From assembly GCA_965223325.1 (NCBI GenBank), contig CBDCWI010000002.1:3680001-3744000 (forward strand): DNA of 64,000 nt, given 5' to 3'. Both the position numbers and the translations under genes were made by a program. The stretch is from Candidatus Multivoradales bacterium (lineage in GTDB: Bacteria; Acidobacteriota; Thermoanaerobaculia; Multivoradales; Multivoraceae). Under the pieces are notes generated by a model. That model made no database searches. It saw nothing but the letters and a program-made list of their open reading frames with translations, and was not told where the DNA came from. Positions 49,496 through 59,773 of this stretch are shown piece after piece. Position 1 is the first letter of the stretch; each line of letters begins with the position of its first letter.

Positions 49496-49660
49496 TCAGT
49501 CCTTCTTGGCCTCGAGCGCTGCCAGCCGGCGCTCGATCTCAGCCAGCTTGTAGAGGATCAGAACGTGAGTCTTCTTGGCGTCGATGCCCACCGGGCTTTG
49601 GTCGCTGTGGATGAGCGCTTCGATCTCTTTCTGCGCGTCTTTTGGGATCTCGAGGGCCAT
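49496..49660 (-). CDS. Small protein (54 aa) not in the ORF track, divergent from narK
   Basis: MALEIPKDAQKEIEALIHSDQSPVGIDAKKTHVLILYKLAEIERRLAALEAKKD. GGAGG RBS and GC3-biased codons. Confidence 0.7.
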   Translation of the reverse strand: MALEIPKDAQKEIEALIHSDQSPVGIDAKKTHVLILYKLAEIERRLAALEAKKD

Positions 49661-49921
49661 TGCGGTTTCGCCTCCAGGTTGTTTCGGTTGTTCGAATCGT
49701 TCTCCTTGAGCTGACTCCGGAGTGTGTCAAGAAACGCTCGCCCGGCGGGCCAGGAGCAGGCTTGGAAACAGGCTACGTAGTTACCCTTACGTGGACTGGT
49801 AGTTGCCCGACGTCACAGGTCTCGGCCACCTTTCTATGGTGAACCAGTCGTGGTTTTTGTGTCATCAATTCGGGGTCAAAGAACAAGGTTTCGGTAGCCG
49901 CCATCTAGAGGGAGGGAACTG

Positions 49922-51481
49922 TTGGCTGGTGTCAACCTGTCCCAGTGGGACATCGAGAACGAAGAGTTCTGGAGGGTAACCGGTCGCAGGATCGGGATGC
50001 GCAACCTCTGGATCTCGATTCCCTGTCTCCTGTGCGGCTTTGCGGTGTGGCTCTACTGGAGCATCATCACCACCGAGATGCTCAACCTGGGATTTCCCTT
50101 CACCCAGGCCCAGCTCTTTACCCTTGCCGGAATCGCTGGCGTCACCGGCGCCACTCTGCGCATTCCGAGCTCGTTTCTGATCCGCATCGCGGGCGGTCGC
50201 AACACGCTTTTCCTGACCACGTCGCTGCTGCTCCTTCCGGCGCTCGGAACGGGCCTCGCACTCCGTGATCCGGAGACGCCGCTGTGGGTCTTCTGGATGT
50301 TGGCGGCGCTCTCTGGCATCGGAGGCGGCAACTTCGCCTCTTCGATGTCGAACATCAGCTTCTTCTTTCCGAAGCGCATGCAGGGTCTCTCCCTGGGGCT
50401 CAACGCCGGCCTCGGCAATCTCGGGGTCAGCGTCATGCAGGTGCTCCTGCCCTACGTGATGACCTTCGGGTTGTTCGGTGCCGCCGCCGGAGAGCCACGA
50501 ACCAATCCCGCAACGGGTGCGCTGAGCTTCATTCAAAACGCCGGGTTCGTCTGGGTGCCGGTGCTCTTGTTGCTTGGCGTGCTGGCGTTTTTCGGTCTCA
50601 ACAACATCACCACAGAGTGGGTGTCGCCGGGTCTGGGCTCGACCCTGTCGAGTTTCGGCAAGGTGCTCTCGCTACTCCTCATCGGTCTCGTTGCCGCGTC
50701 GGCAGGGCTCTACCTCCTGCTAGTGCTCGGGGTCAGCAAGTGGATCGTGTTGCCGATGGTGATCGCTGCGACCGTCTTCGGGATGAAGCTCGTCCCAGGA
50801 GAAACCCGCGACGCACTCGACCGCCAGTACAAGATCTTTGGCAACAAACACACTTGGGTCATGACGGTCATCTACATCATGACCTTTGGCTCCTTCATCG
50901 GCTTCTCGGCGGCGTTTCCGCTCGCCATCAAGGTGATCTTCGGTTTTGCCCACAGCCCCACCGGCGCTGAGCTCGGTGTCAATCCGAATGCTCCGAACCC
51001 CTTCATGTACGCCTGGCTGGGTCCTCTGGTGGGCTCGTTGGCGCGCCCTGTCGGCGGCTGGGTGTCAGACATGAAGATTGGCGGCGCCAAGGTGACCCAG
51101 ATCATCACCTTGGTGATGATCTCTGCGGCCCTCGGGGTCTCGTACTTCATGGTGCAGGCCTACCGCTCCGAGACCCCTGAGGTCTTCTTTCTTCCCTTCC
51201 TGCTGCTCTTTCTCGCGCTGTTCACGGCGACCGGAGTCGGCAATGGCTCGACTTTTCGTTCGATGGGTGTGATGTTCGACAAAGAGCAGGCCGGCCCAGT
51301 CCTCGGGTGGACCTCGGCGGTTGCCGCCTACGGTGCCTACCTCATTCCGCAGATCCTCGGCGAGCAGATCCAGGCCGGAACACCCGAGCGTGCCCTGATG
51401 GGCTTTGCGGCTTTCTATACAGCTTGTCTGGTTCTAAACTGGTGGTACTACGCTAGGCGTAACGCCGAGATCAAGTGCTGA
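49922..51481 (+). CDS. narK: Nitrate/nitrite MFS transporter
   Basis: WDIENEEFW, GGGNFASSMSNISFFFPK, GLGNLGVS, TFGSFIGF, GNGSTF. Confidence 0.95.
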   Translation: MAGVNLSQWDIENEEFWRVTGRRIGMRNLWISIPCLLCGFAVWLYWSIITTEMLNLGFPFTQAQLFTLAGIAGVTGATLRIPSSFLIRIAGGRNTLFLTTSLLLLPALGTGLALRDPETPLWVFWMLAALSGIGGGNFASSMSNISFFFPKRMQGLSLGLNAGLGNLGVSVMQVLLPYVMTFGLFGAAAGEPRTNPATGALSFIQNAGFVWVPVLLLLGVLAFFGLNNITTEWVSPGLGSTLSSFGKVLSLLLIGLVAASAGLYLLLVLGVSKWIVLPMVIAATVFGMKLVPGETRDALDRQYKIFGNKHTWVMTVIYIMTFGSFIGFSAAFPLAIKVIFGFAHSPTGAELGVNPNAPNPFMYAWLGPLVGSLARPVGGWVSDMKIGGAKVTQIITLVMISAALGVSYFMVQAYRSETPEVFFLPFLLLFLALFTATGVGNGSTFRSMGVMFDKEQAGPVLGWTSAVAAYGAYLIPQILGEQIQAGTPERALMGFAAFYTACLVLNWWYYARRNAEIKC

Positions 51482-51534
51482 GCATGCCTGACGCTTTCAA
51501 CAACTCTCCAGCGCGACGCGCTTGAGGTGACTCG

Positions 51535-52374
51535 ATGAAGATGAAACGAAGTGCATGGCCGGCGCTCTTGCCGGCCGTCGTCATGTTGGTCGTGCCGCAG
51601 ATGGCGATCGGGCAGGAAACAAGTGACTACTTCCGCGCCAACTGCATGAGCTGTCACACCATCGGCGGCGGGCGCCTGGTCGGGCCTGACCTCAAAAACG
51701 TCGCCGAGCGCGCTGACCACGAGTGGCTGGTCAACTTCATCCTCAATCCGACCACGGTTCTCAACTCTGGCGACGCCTACGCCAAGAAGCTTCAGGATGA
51801 AGCGGGAGGTGCGGTGATGCCGGCGGTCATGGGAATGTCTCGCGATCAGGCAGAGCGACTGCTCGAGCTGATCGCCAGCGAGTCGCAACTCGACCAGTCT
51901 GCGTTCGCCGGTCTTTCGATTGGTGACGAGCCGTTCACCCAGGCCGACATCGATCGCGGAAAACGAATCTTCGAAGGGCGTCAACACCTGAGCAACGGGG
52001 GCCCGCCGTGCCTGTCGTGTCATACCGCCAGTGCTCTGGGTGGCTTCGGGGGCGGGCGCCTTGGTCCGGACCTGACCAGGGTGTACGAGCGCCTCGCCGG
52101 CCGCAAGAGCCTCGCCGCCTGGTTGCAAGCGCCGGCGACTGAAGTCATGCGGCCGGTCTACCGCGACCACACATTGACCAACGACGAGATCGTCGGCCTG
52201 GTTGCCTACCTCGAAGATCGCGCGCAAGCTGGCGGTGAAGCCTCGCAGACTTTCCAGGCGCTGTTGTTGGTACTCGGTCTCGTCGGTGTGGCGTTGACCT
52301 TCTTTTTGGCGGACACCCTCTGGAAGGGACGCTTTCGTGGAGTTAGAACCCCACTCGTGAAAGGTGAGCGATGA
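51535..52374 (+). CDS. Membrane-anchored diheme cytochrome c (NarC-like)
   Basis: Signal peptide, CMSCH and CLSCH each followed by GPDL, C-terminal TM. Stop overlaps the narG start. Confidence 0.85.
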   Translation: MKMKRSAWPALLPAVVMLVVPQMAIGQETSDYFRANCMSCHTIGGGRLVGPDLKNVAERADHEWLVNFILNPTTVLNSGDAYAKKLQDEAGGAVMPAVMGMSRDQAERLLELIASESQLDQSAFAGLSIGDEPFTQADIDRGKRIFEGRQHLSNGGPPCLSCHTASALGGFGGGRLGPDLTRVYERLAGRKSLAAWLQAPATEVMRPVYRDHTLTNDEIVGLVAYLEDRAQAGGEASQTFQALLLVLGLVGVALTFFLADTLWKGRFRGVRTPLVKGER

Positions 52375-55300
52375 CCAAGATCAAGAGCAACAACCCGTGG
52401 ATCCAGGACGAGGTCGATCCACAGTCGCGCAGCTGGGAAGAGTTCTACCGCAACCGCTGGCAGCACGACAAGATCGTGCGCTCGACACACGGCGTCAACT
52501 GCACCGGTGGCTGCACCTGGCAGATCCACGTCAAGAACGGCATCGTCACATGGGAGATGCAGGGCCTCGACTACCCGTCGCTCCAGGCTGATCTGCCGCC
52601 CTACGAGCCGCGCGGTTGTCAGCGCGGGATCTCGTTCTCCTGGTACCTCTACAGCCCGCTGCGGGTGAAGTACCCCTACGCTCGCGGCGCCCTGCTCGAC
52701 CTCTGGCACGAGGCACGCAAGAAGCACGACGACCCGGTCGACGCCTGGAAGTCGTTGATGGACGACCCCACCAAACGCAGTCGCTTCCAGCGCGCCCGTG
52801 GCAAGGGCGGCTTCCGCCGCACCGACTGGGACACGGCGCTCGAGTTGATGGCGGCGGCCAACGTGCACACCATCAAAGAACACGGTCCCGACCGGGTCAA
52901 CGGCTTCTCGCCGATTCCCGCCATGTCGATGATCAGCTACGGCGGCGGTTCGCGCTTCCTACAGCTCGCCGGTGGTGTGTCGCTCTCCTTCTACGACTGG
53001 TACTGCGATTTGCCCAATGCGTCGCCCGAGACTTGGGGCGAACAAACCGACGTGCAGGAGTCGGCCGACTGGTTCAACGCCAAGCTTCTCGCCGTCATGG
53101 GCTCGAACCTCAACATGACCCGCACCCCCGACTGCCACTTCGCCGCCGAGGCGCGCCACAACGGTTCGAAGATGTGGGTCTTTGCGCCCGACTTCAACCA
53201 GGTCGCCAAGTATGCCGACGAGTGGGTGTCGATCAACGCGGGCCAGGACGGCGCCTGGTGGATGGCGGTCAACCATGTGCTTCTCAAGGAGTTCCACCAC
53301 GAGCGCCAGACCCCTTACTTTCTGAACTACGCCAAGCAGTACACCGACTGCACTCATCTGGTCGAGCTCCTGCCCGAGAACGGTCACTACAAGGCCGGGC
53401 AGATGCTGCGCGCCAACCGCCTGGCGACCTACCAGGACACCGAGAACGGTGACTGGAAGTTCCTCATGTGGGACAAGGGCGGCAAGCCCATGATGCCGAT
53501 GGGGAGCGCCGGCTTCCGGTGGGCAGACAAAAAGGGCCCGAACGGTGAGGGGCAGTGGAACCTCAAGCTCGAAGACGGTCAGACCGGGGAGAAGATCGAT
53601 CCCATCCTGAGTTTCCTCGAGGTCCAGAACGAAGGCTCGGTCGACCAACTGCAGGTCCGGCTGGACGACTTTGGCCAGGGCCGCACGATGACCAGGGGTG
53701 TGCCGGTGCAATACGTCGACACCATCGACGGTCCGGTTCCCTGTACCACGGTCTATGACTTGATGATGGCGCAGTACGGCGTCAACCGCGGTCTCGAGGG
53801 CGAGTACCCCGAAGACTACGATGCCGACAGCGCGTACACCCCGGCCTGGGCCGAGAAGTACACCGGCATGAGTCGCAAGATGGTGCTGCGATTCGCCCGC
53901 GAGTGGGGCGAGACCGCCGAGCGCACCGGTGGCGCCTGCACGATCATCATCGGTGCCGGCATCAACCACTGGTACCACGCCAACCTGATGTATCGCGCCG
54001 GCATTCACGCTCTCATGCTGTGCGGTTGCATCGGCGTCAACGGTGGTGGCCTGGCGCACTATGTCGGCCAGGAGAAGCTGGCACCCGGCGAGTCCTGGGG
54101 AGCACTGGCGATGGGTAAAGACTGGGCCCCGGCTTCGCGGCTCCAGAACGCACCCAGTTGGCACTACGTGCACACCGACCAGTGGCGCTACGAGAAGTCG
54201 TTCACCGACTACCACACGGTGCCCGAGGGGTCGCAGATGGCCCAAGGCCACACCATGGACATGCAGGTCAAGGCGGTGCGCAACGGCTGGTTGCCGTTCT
54301 ACCCGCAGTTCAACCGCAACAGTATCGACCTGGCGCGCGAAGCCCAGGAAGATGGTTGTGAGACCGATGAAGAGATCAGCGCCTGGTTGGTCGACAAGCT
54401 CAAAAACGACGAGGTTCAGTTCTCGATCGAGGATCCAGACGCTCCCGAGAACTGGCCGCGGGTCTGGTACATCTGGCGTGGCAATGCGCTGATGGCGAGT
54501 GCCAAGGGGCATGAGTACTTCCTCAAGCACTACCTCGGTACGCACACCAACACGATCTCCGAAGACATGGCTGAGGACTCGGTCGAAGACGTGCGCTGGC
54601 GCGACGCCCCGATCGGCAAGATGGACCTGGTGGTCGACATCAACTTCCGCATGGACACCTCGGCGCTCTACTCCGACATCGTCCTGCCGGCCGCCACCTG
54701 GTACGAGAAGGCCGACCTCAACTCGACCGACATGCACAGCTTCATTCACCCGCTGTCCAAGGCGGTGCCGCCGTGCTGGGAGTCGAAGAGCGACTGGCAG
54801 GCCTTCCGTGCTCTCGCCAAGAAGCAGGCCGAGCTCTCCGAGCGTCACTTCCCCGAACCCGTCAAGGACATCGTCGCGGTGCCGCTCGCCCACGACTCGA
54901 AGGCCGAGATTGCCCAGCGTCACATCCGCGATTGGAAAACGGGTGAGGTCGAGGCCATTCCGGGCAAGACCATGCCGGCCTTCAAGATCATGACCCGCGA
55001 CTACAAGAACCTCTACCGCCAGTTCTGCGCCTTCGGCCCCGGGCCGCGCAAGAACGGCCTCGGCGCTCACGGCACCCACTACGCAATTGAAGATTTCTAC
55101 GACGAGTTGGCAGCCAAGCAGCCGTCGAGAGAATGGCCGGGAGAGGCGTACCCGTCGGTCAAGGAAGACGAAGAAGCCTGCAACCTGATTCTCACCCTTG
55201 CTTCAGTAACCAATGGCGAACTGGCCTACCGCTCCTACAAGAACATGGAGAAGAGGACCGGCCTGCCCTTGGTACATCTCGCCGAGAAGAACCGCGGTTC

Positions 55301-56039
55301 GCGAGCGACCTACAAGGATCTCCAGAGCCAGGTGAAGCGCCTCCTCAACAGCCCGATGTGGTCGGGCCTGACCGAGAACGGTCGCGCCTACTCGCCATTC
55401 ACCTACAACGTCGAGACCCTGGTGCCTTGGCGCACGCTCACCGGCCGGCAGCACTTCTACCTCGATCACGAGATGTACATCGAATTCGGGGAGCACGTGC
55501 CGACCTACAAGCCGAAGCCCCTGCCCCACGAGTACGCCGACCTTGTGTATACCGAGGAACGCGGTGAGATCCCACACGAAGAGTCGATGATGCTCAACTA
55601 CCTCACCCCGCACGGGAAGTGGCACATTCACTCGACCTACGGCGACAACCAGCGCATGACGACCCTGTCGCGCGGCTGTGAGCCGCTGTGGATGAACCCG
55701 AAAGACGCAGCGCAAGTCGGAGTTGTCGACAACGACTGGGTCGAGGTCTTCAACGATCACGGCGTCGTTGCGACCCGCGCGGCCGTCTCGGCACGGATCC
55801 CGCCCGGCATCTGCATCCAATATCACTCGCCGGAGCGCACCTACTCGGTTCCCAAGTCTCCGCTACGTAAGAACAGGCGAGCCGGTGGCCACAACAGCCT
55901 CACCCGGACTCGCCTGAAGCCCAACCTGATGGCTGGTGGCTACGGCCAGTTCACGTTCCACTTCAACTACTGGGGCCCCACCGGCTGCAACCGTGACACG
56001 CACATCATGGTTCGCAAGATGCCCACCCTGAACTGGTAA
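52371..56039 (+). CDS. narG: Respiratory nitrate reductase alpha subunit
   Basis: [49 protein letters not shown]. No Tat leader. Confidence 0.96.
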   Translation: MTKIKSNNPWIQDEVDPQSRSWEEFYRNRWQHDKIVRSTHGVNCTGGCTWQIHVKNGIVTWEMQGLDYPSLQADLPPYEPRGCQRGISFSWYLYSPLRVKYPYARGALLDLWHEARKKHDDPVDAWKSLMDDPTKRSRFQRARGKGGFRRTDWDTALELMAAANVHTIKEHGPDRVNGFSPIPAMSMISYGGGSRFLQLAGGVSLSFYDWYCDLPNASPETWGEQTDVQESADWFNAKLLAVMGSNLNMTRTPDCHFAAEARHNGSKMWVFAPDFNQVAKYADEWVSINAGQDGAWWMAVNHVLLKEFHHERQTPYFLNYAKQYTDCTHLVELLPENGHYKAGQMLRANRLATYQDTENGDWKFLMWDKGGKPMMPMGSAGFRWADKKGPNGEGQWNLKLEDGQTGEKIDPILSFLEVQNEGSVDQLQVRLDDFGQGRTMTRGVPVQYVDTIDGPVPCTTVYDLMMAQYGVNRGLEGEYPEDYDADSAYTPAWAEKYTGMSRKMVLRFAREWGETAERTGGACTIIIGAGINHWYHANLMYRAGIHALMLCGCIGVNGGGLAHYVGQEKLAPGESWGALAMGKDWAPASRLQNAPSWHYVHTDQWRYEKSFTDYHTVPEGSQMAQGHTMDMQVKAVRNGWLPFYPQFNRNSIDLAREAQEDGCETDEEISAWLVDKLKNDEVQFSIEDPDAPENWPRVWYIWRGNALMASAKGHEYFLKHYLGTHTNTISEDMAEDSVEDVRWRDAPIGKMDLVVDINFRMDTSALYSDIVLPAATWYEKADLNSTDMHSFIHPLSKAVPPCWESKSDWQAFRALAKKQAELSERHFPEPVKDIVAVPLAHDSKAEIAQRHIRDWKTGEVEAIPGKTMPAFKIMTRDYKNLYRQFCAFGPGPRKNGLGAHGTHYAIEDFYDELAAKQPSREWPGEAYPSVKEDEEACNLILTLASVTNGELAYRSYKNMEKRTGLPLVHLAEKNRGSRATYKDLQSQVKRLLNSPMWSGLTENGRAYSPFTYNVETLVPWRTLTGRQHFYLDHEMYIEFGEHVPTYKPKPLPHEYADLVYTEERGEIPHEESMMLNYLTPHGKWHIHSTYGDNQRMTTLSRGCEPLWMNPKDAAQVGVVDNDWVEVFNDHGVVATRAAVSARIPPGICIQYHSPERTYSVPKSPLRKNRRAGGHNSLTRTRLKPNLMAGGYGQFTFHFNYWGPTGCNRDTHIMVRKMPTLNW

Positions 56040-56073
56040 CCGAAGCACTGAAAGAAAAGGACGGAGACATTTC

Positions 56074-57567
56074 ATGAACGTACGCTCTCAAGTCTCGATG
56101 GTGTTTCACCTCGACAAGTGCATCGGTTGCCATACCTGCTCGATCGCCTGCAAGAACGTCTGGACGGACCGCCGTGGCACTGAGTACATGTGGTGGAACA
56201 ACGTCGAGACCAAGCCCGGTACTGGCTACCCCACCAAGTGGGAAGACCAGGAGAAGTACCAGGGCGGCTGGGAGGTCAAAGGTGACAAGGCGCAGCTCAA
56301 GTCGACCGGGCCCGCTCGGGTGGTGGCAAACATCTTCCACAACCCGCACCAGCCGTCGATGGACGACTACTACGAGCCATGGACGTACGACTACCAGAAC
56401 CTGTTCAACGCTCCCGAAGGTGACGATCAACCGGTGGCGCAGCCGATCTCGATGGTCACTGGCGAGCCGATGGACGTCGAAGCCGGGCCCAACTGGGATG
56501 ACGACCTCGGGGGTTCCGAGATCTACGCTGCCAACGACCCCAACCTCGACGGCCTGAGCCAACAGCAGCGCGACGAGTTGCAGGCCGTCGAGCGGCTGGT
56601 GTTCTTCTACTTCCCACGCATTTGCAACCACTGTCTGAACCCATCGTGCATTGCCTCGTGCCCGTCGGGTGCGCTTTATAAGCGCGGCGAAGACGGCATC
56701 GTTCTCATCGATCAGAAACGTTGTCGCGGTTGGCGCTCATGTGTCGCGGCCTGCCCCTACAAGAAGACCTTCTACAACTGGCAAACCGGCAAGTCCGAGA
56801 AGTGCATCTTGTGCTATCCGCGTCTCGAGACTGGCCAGGCGCCAGCCTGTTTCCACTCCTGCGTCGGCCGCATTCGCTATCTCGGCGTTCTGCTCTACGA
56901 CGCAGATCAGATCGAGGCTGCCGCCGCCCTTCCCGACGAAGAACTGGTCGAAGCGCAGCGCAACATGATCCTCGATCCGTTCGATCCCGAGGTCATCAAA
57001 GCGGCTCGCCGCGACGGTGTCCCCGACGACGTCATCGAGTCGGCCCAGAAGTCGCCGGTCTACCAGTTCGTCAAGGTGTGGAAGATCGCGCTTCCGCCAC
57101 ACGTCGAATACCGCACGTTCCCGATGCTCTTCTACGTGCCGCCGATGTCGCCGGTTCAGGCCAGCAAAGACGGCGACGTGGTGTTCCACATCAGCGGCAA
57201 CCTGTTTCACGACATCGACGAGGCGCGTGTGCCAATCGAGTACCTGGCGAATCTGTTCGGTGCGGGTGACGAAGGCGGTGTGCGCTACGCACTGCGTAAG
57301 CAGAAGGCGGTACGCATGTATCGACGGGCGCTCACGGTTGGCGATGTCGACGACGAGTGGGCAGCCCGCGCCCTGCGCGAGGCCGACTGCTCGCCCGAAG
57401 AGGCCGAGGCGATCTACAGGTTGACGGCGCTGTGCACCTTCGACGAGCGTTTCGTCATCCCGCCGATGCACCGTGAGGAAGCGCTGGCGATGATGGAAGA
57501 CGATCCGCACGAAACCAAGGCCTCGACCGGGTTCGGCTTCGTCCAGGCGCCACGAAGGGGTCTCTAG
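56074..57567 (+). CDS. narH: Nitrate reductase beta subunit
   Basis: LDKCIGCHTC, WNNVETKPG, CNHCLNPSC, CRGWRSC, KCILCYPR. Confidence 0.97.
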   Translation: MNVRSQVSMVFHLDKCIGCHTCSIACKNVWTDRRGTEYMWWNNVETKPGTGYPTKWEDQEKYQGGWEVKGDKAQLKSTGPARVVANIFHNPHQPSMDDYYEPWTYDYQNLFNAPEGDDQPVAQPISMVTGEPMDVEAGPNWDDDLGGSEIYAANDPNLDGLSQQQRDELQAVERLVFFYFPRICNHCLNPSCIASCPSGALYKRGEDGIVLIDQKRCRGWRSCVAACPYKKTFYNWQTGKSEKCILCYPRLETGQAPACFHSCVGRIRYLGVLLYDADQIEAAAALPDEELVEAQRNMILDPFDPEVIKAARRDGVPDDVIESAQKSPVYQFVKVWKIALPPHVEYRTFPMLFYVPPMSPVQASKDGDVVFHISGNLFHDIDEARVPIEYLANLFGAGDEGGVRYALRKQKAVRMYRRALTVGDVDDEWAARALREADCSPEEAEAIYRLTALCTFDERFVIPPMHREEALAMMEDDPHETKASTGFGFVQAPRRGL

Positions 57568-58368
57568 ATGGGCACCGAGACACCAGCCAAGAGCACGGTG
57601 GACTGGAGTCCGCTAGCCCAGCTGGCGCCGCTTCTGGTGTACCCCACCCGGGAGCTGCCGAGCCAGTTACCTCTGTTGCGCGCGCTCTTCGAAGCGAGCG
57701 GTGAGCCGATGGCTCCTGAGCTCGAAGTGGCGCTGTCGCGACTCGCGGAGCTCACATTTCACGAGCTCGAAGAGCTGTACACCCAGATCTTCGACCTCAA
57801 TCCGGTGTGTACCCTCGAAGTCGGTTGGCACCTCTATGGAGAGCAGTACGAGCGCGGCCGCTTCCTGGTGCGCACCCGTGACCTCCTGATGAGTGTTGGC
57901 CAGGGCGAGGCCGGCGAGCTGCCGGACTTCTTGCCAACGCTGCTTCTGGCGCTGCCGCGCCTCGAGGCAGAGCGCGCCGTTGGGCTTGCGGCTTACCTGG
58001 TACCCGCACTACGAAAGATGTGTGATGCCTTCGGTGACGAAAAGCAGGCTGGCGAAGCCGCACAGCTCTATTTGCCGATCCTTCGCGCAGTGCGCGCTGG
58101 CCTCGAAGCGCGAGTACCGAAGGCTCTCGTCTCTGAAGTCGAAACGCGTTTCAGACCAGCAATGGTCGCGGGTCGAATGCGCGGTCTCGACCCTGGGCCG
58201 AACGGTGACTTCCCACTCGACATCGTTGGGGACACGGGCTTCTCCGGAAGAGCGGCGGCCGGACAGGACGGCATCGTGAAACTTGGGGTGGACAAGCCGC
58301 GCGGTCCGAAGGGCGCGGTGTCTGGCATTCCGATCAGCGAGATCCCGATGGAAGGAAAACCATCATGA
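57568..58368 (+). CDS. narJ: Nitrate reductase assembly chaperone
   Basis: LL.YP, ELYTQIFD, GE.YERG, ELPDFLP. Lies between narH and narI. Confidence 0.88.
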   Translation: MGTETPAKSTVDWSPLAQLAPLLVYPTRELPSQLPLLRALFEASGEPMAPELEVALSRLAELTFHELEELYTQIFDLNPVCTLEVGWHLYGEQYERGRFLVRTRDLLMSVGQGEAGELPDFLPTLLLALPRLEAERAVGLAAYLVPALRKMCDAFGDEKQAGEAAQLYLPILRAVRAGLEARVPKALVSEVETRFRPAMVAGRMRGLDPGPNGDFPLDIVGDTGFSGRAAAGQDGIVKLGVDKPRGPKGAVSGIPISEIPMEGKPS

Positions 58369-59075
58369 CCAACTGGGCTGCACAGCTCGACCTCTTTTTG
58401 TTCTCGGCCTTGCCATACATGGCGCTGGTGATCTTCTTCGTCGGCACCATCTACCGCTACCGGATGCAGGCCTTTACCTACTCGAGTCTGTCTTCGCAGT
58501 TCCTCGAGAACCGTCATCACTTCTGGGCGCTGGTGCCTTTCCACTACGGCATCCTGGTGGTGCTCGCCGGTCACATCCTGGCGTTTTTCCTCCCCAAGCA
58601 GATCCTGCTCTGGAACAGCGTGCCGGTGAGGCTATGGGCGCTCGAGATCACGGGACTGGTTTTTGGGCTCATGACCCTGGTGGGGCTCTTGGCGATCCTT
58701 GTGCGCCGCTGGACGACGTCGAAAGTCAAGATCGTGACCAGCACCGCCGACTGGGTTCTCTACCTGCTGCTCCTGGTCCAGGTGGCGACCGGTTTGTGGG
58801 TGGCGCTCGCCCACCCCTGGGGCTCGTCGTGGTTCGCCACGTCGATGACGCCCTATCTGTGGTCGATCGCCAAATTCTCACCCGCCGCCGAGTACATCGT
58901 GGGCATGCCATTCATCGTCAAGCTGCACGTCGTCAACGCGTTCGTTCTGATTCTGTTCTTCCCGTTCACTCGTCTGGTGCACGTCCTGGTGACGCCAAAC
59001 CACTACCTGTGGCGCAAGCGCCAGGTCGTCCGTTGGTATGCCAACCCCGCCGACCGGGCCGCGGCGCGGCGCTGA
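58365..59075 (+). CDS. narI: Nitrate reductase gamma subunit (cytochrome b)
   Basis: SSQFLE, FHYGIL..GH, KLH, FPFTRLVH. Confidence 0.94.
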   Translation: MTNWAAQLDLFLFSALPYMALVIFFVGTIYRYRMQAFTYSSLSSQFLENRHHFWALVPFHYGILVVLAGHILAFFLPKQILLWNSVPVRLWALEITGLVFGLMTLVGLLAILVRRWTTSKVKIVTSTADWVLYLLLLVQVATGLWVALAHPWGSSWFATSMTPYLWSIAKFSPAAEYIVGMPFIVKLHVVNAFVLILFFPFTRLVHVLVTPNHYLWRKRQVVRWYANPADRAAARR

Positions 59076-59098
59076 TGGTTGCTTAGGGGTAGACGCTC

Positions 59099-59764
59099 AT
59101 GAAGGGTCGAATCTTCACCTTGCTGTTGCTGGTGGGTGTGCTGTACGCGTTGCTCATTCTGGTGCCCAAGCTCGACGCTGTCCGCCTGCCCGACAACCAC
59201 CGAGGCTTCCAACCAGAGCAGCCCATCGCCTACTCCCATCGCCTCCACGCCGGTGAGCTCCAGATCGACTGCGAGTACTGCCACTCGGGGGCGCGCCGCA
59301 GTCGCCACGCCGGGATCCCAGCCGTCGAGGTGTGCATGAACTGCCACTCCTACGTCACCGCCACTCGCGCTCAAGTACGGGCGGCCGAAGCCGAGGCCGA
59401 ACAGAACGGCCAGCCGGCTCCAACCAGGGTCATGTCGCCCGAGATCTCCAAGCTCTACCGAGCGCTCGATCTTTCAGACGACGGCGATCCGTTGGGCGGT
59501 GAACCTTCGCCGGTCGAGTGGGTGCGGATTCACCAACTCCCCGACTTTGCCGCCTTCGACCATCGTCCCCACGTCGCTGCCGAGGTGCCGTGTCAGAGCT
59601 GTCACGGCGCGGTTGAATCGATGGAGCGGGTGCGCCAGGTCGAGTCGCTATCGATGGGCTTTTGCGTCAACTGCCATCGCCTGCCGGCGGCGGACGGTCG
59701 CACTCTCGCCGACGGTCAACCGCATCCGCAGGCGTCGACCGACTGCGCGACCTGTCACTACTGA
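59099..59764 (+). CDS. actA: Pentaheme cytochrome c, alternative complex III ActA-like
   Basis: N-terminal TM, PEQPIAYSHRLH, five CxxCH motifs, SMGFC. Confidence 0.88.
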   Translation: MKGRIFTLLLLVGVLYALLILVPKLDAVRLPDNHRGFQPEQPIAYSHRLHAGELQIDCEYCHSGARRSRHAGIPAVEVCMNCHSYVTATRAQVRAAEAEAEQNGQPAPTRVMSPEISKLYRALDLSDDGDPLGGEPSPVEWVRIHQLPDFAAFDHRPHVAAEVPCQSCHGAVESMERVRQVESLSMGFCVNCHRLPAADGRTLADGQPHPQASTDCATCHY

Positions 59765-59773
59765 GTTTCGATC

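Noticed and set aside
49770-49870. FNR/NarL-like boxes upstream of narK
   Set aside because: Only half-sites (ATCAA, GTCAC, TACCCTT) with poor partners. Too weak without a PWM scan.
52959-55079. 706-aa minus-strand ORF and similar long antisense ORFs (e.g. 32106..33500, 61880..62914)
   Set aside because: Shadow frames of high-GC genes (narG, murE, actB) with no recognisable motifs.
52371-56039. Calling the enzyme a periplasmic NXR or pNar
   Set aside because: No twin-arginine leader, and narJ, narI and narK are present. A cytoplasm-facing Nar is the simplest reading, and direction cannot be read from sequence.
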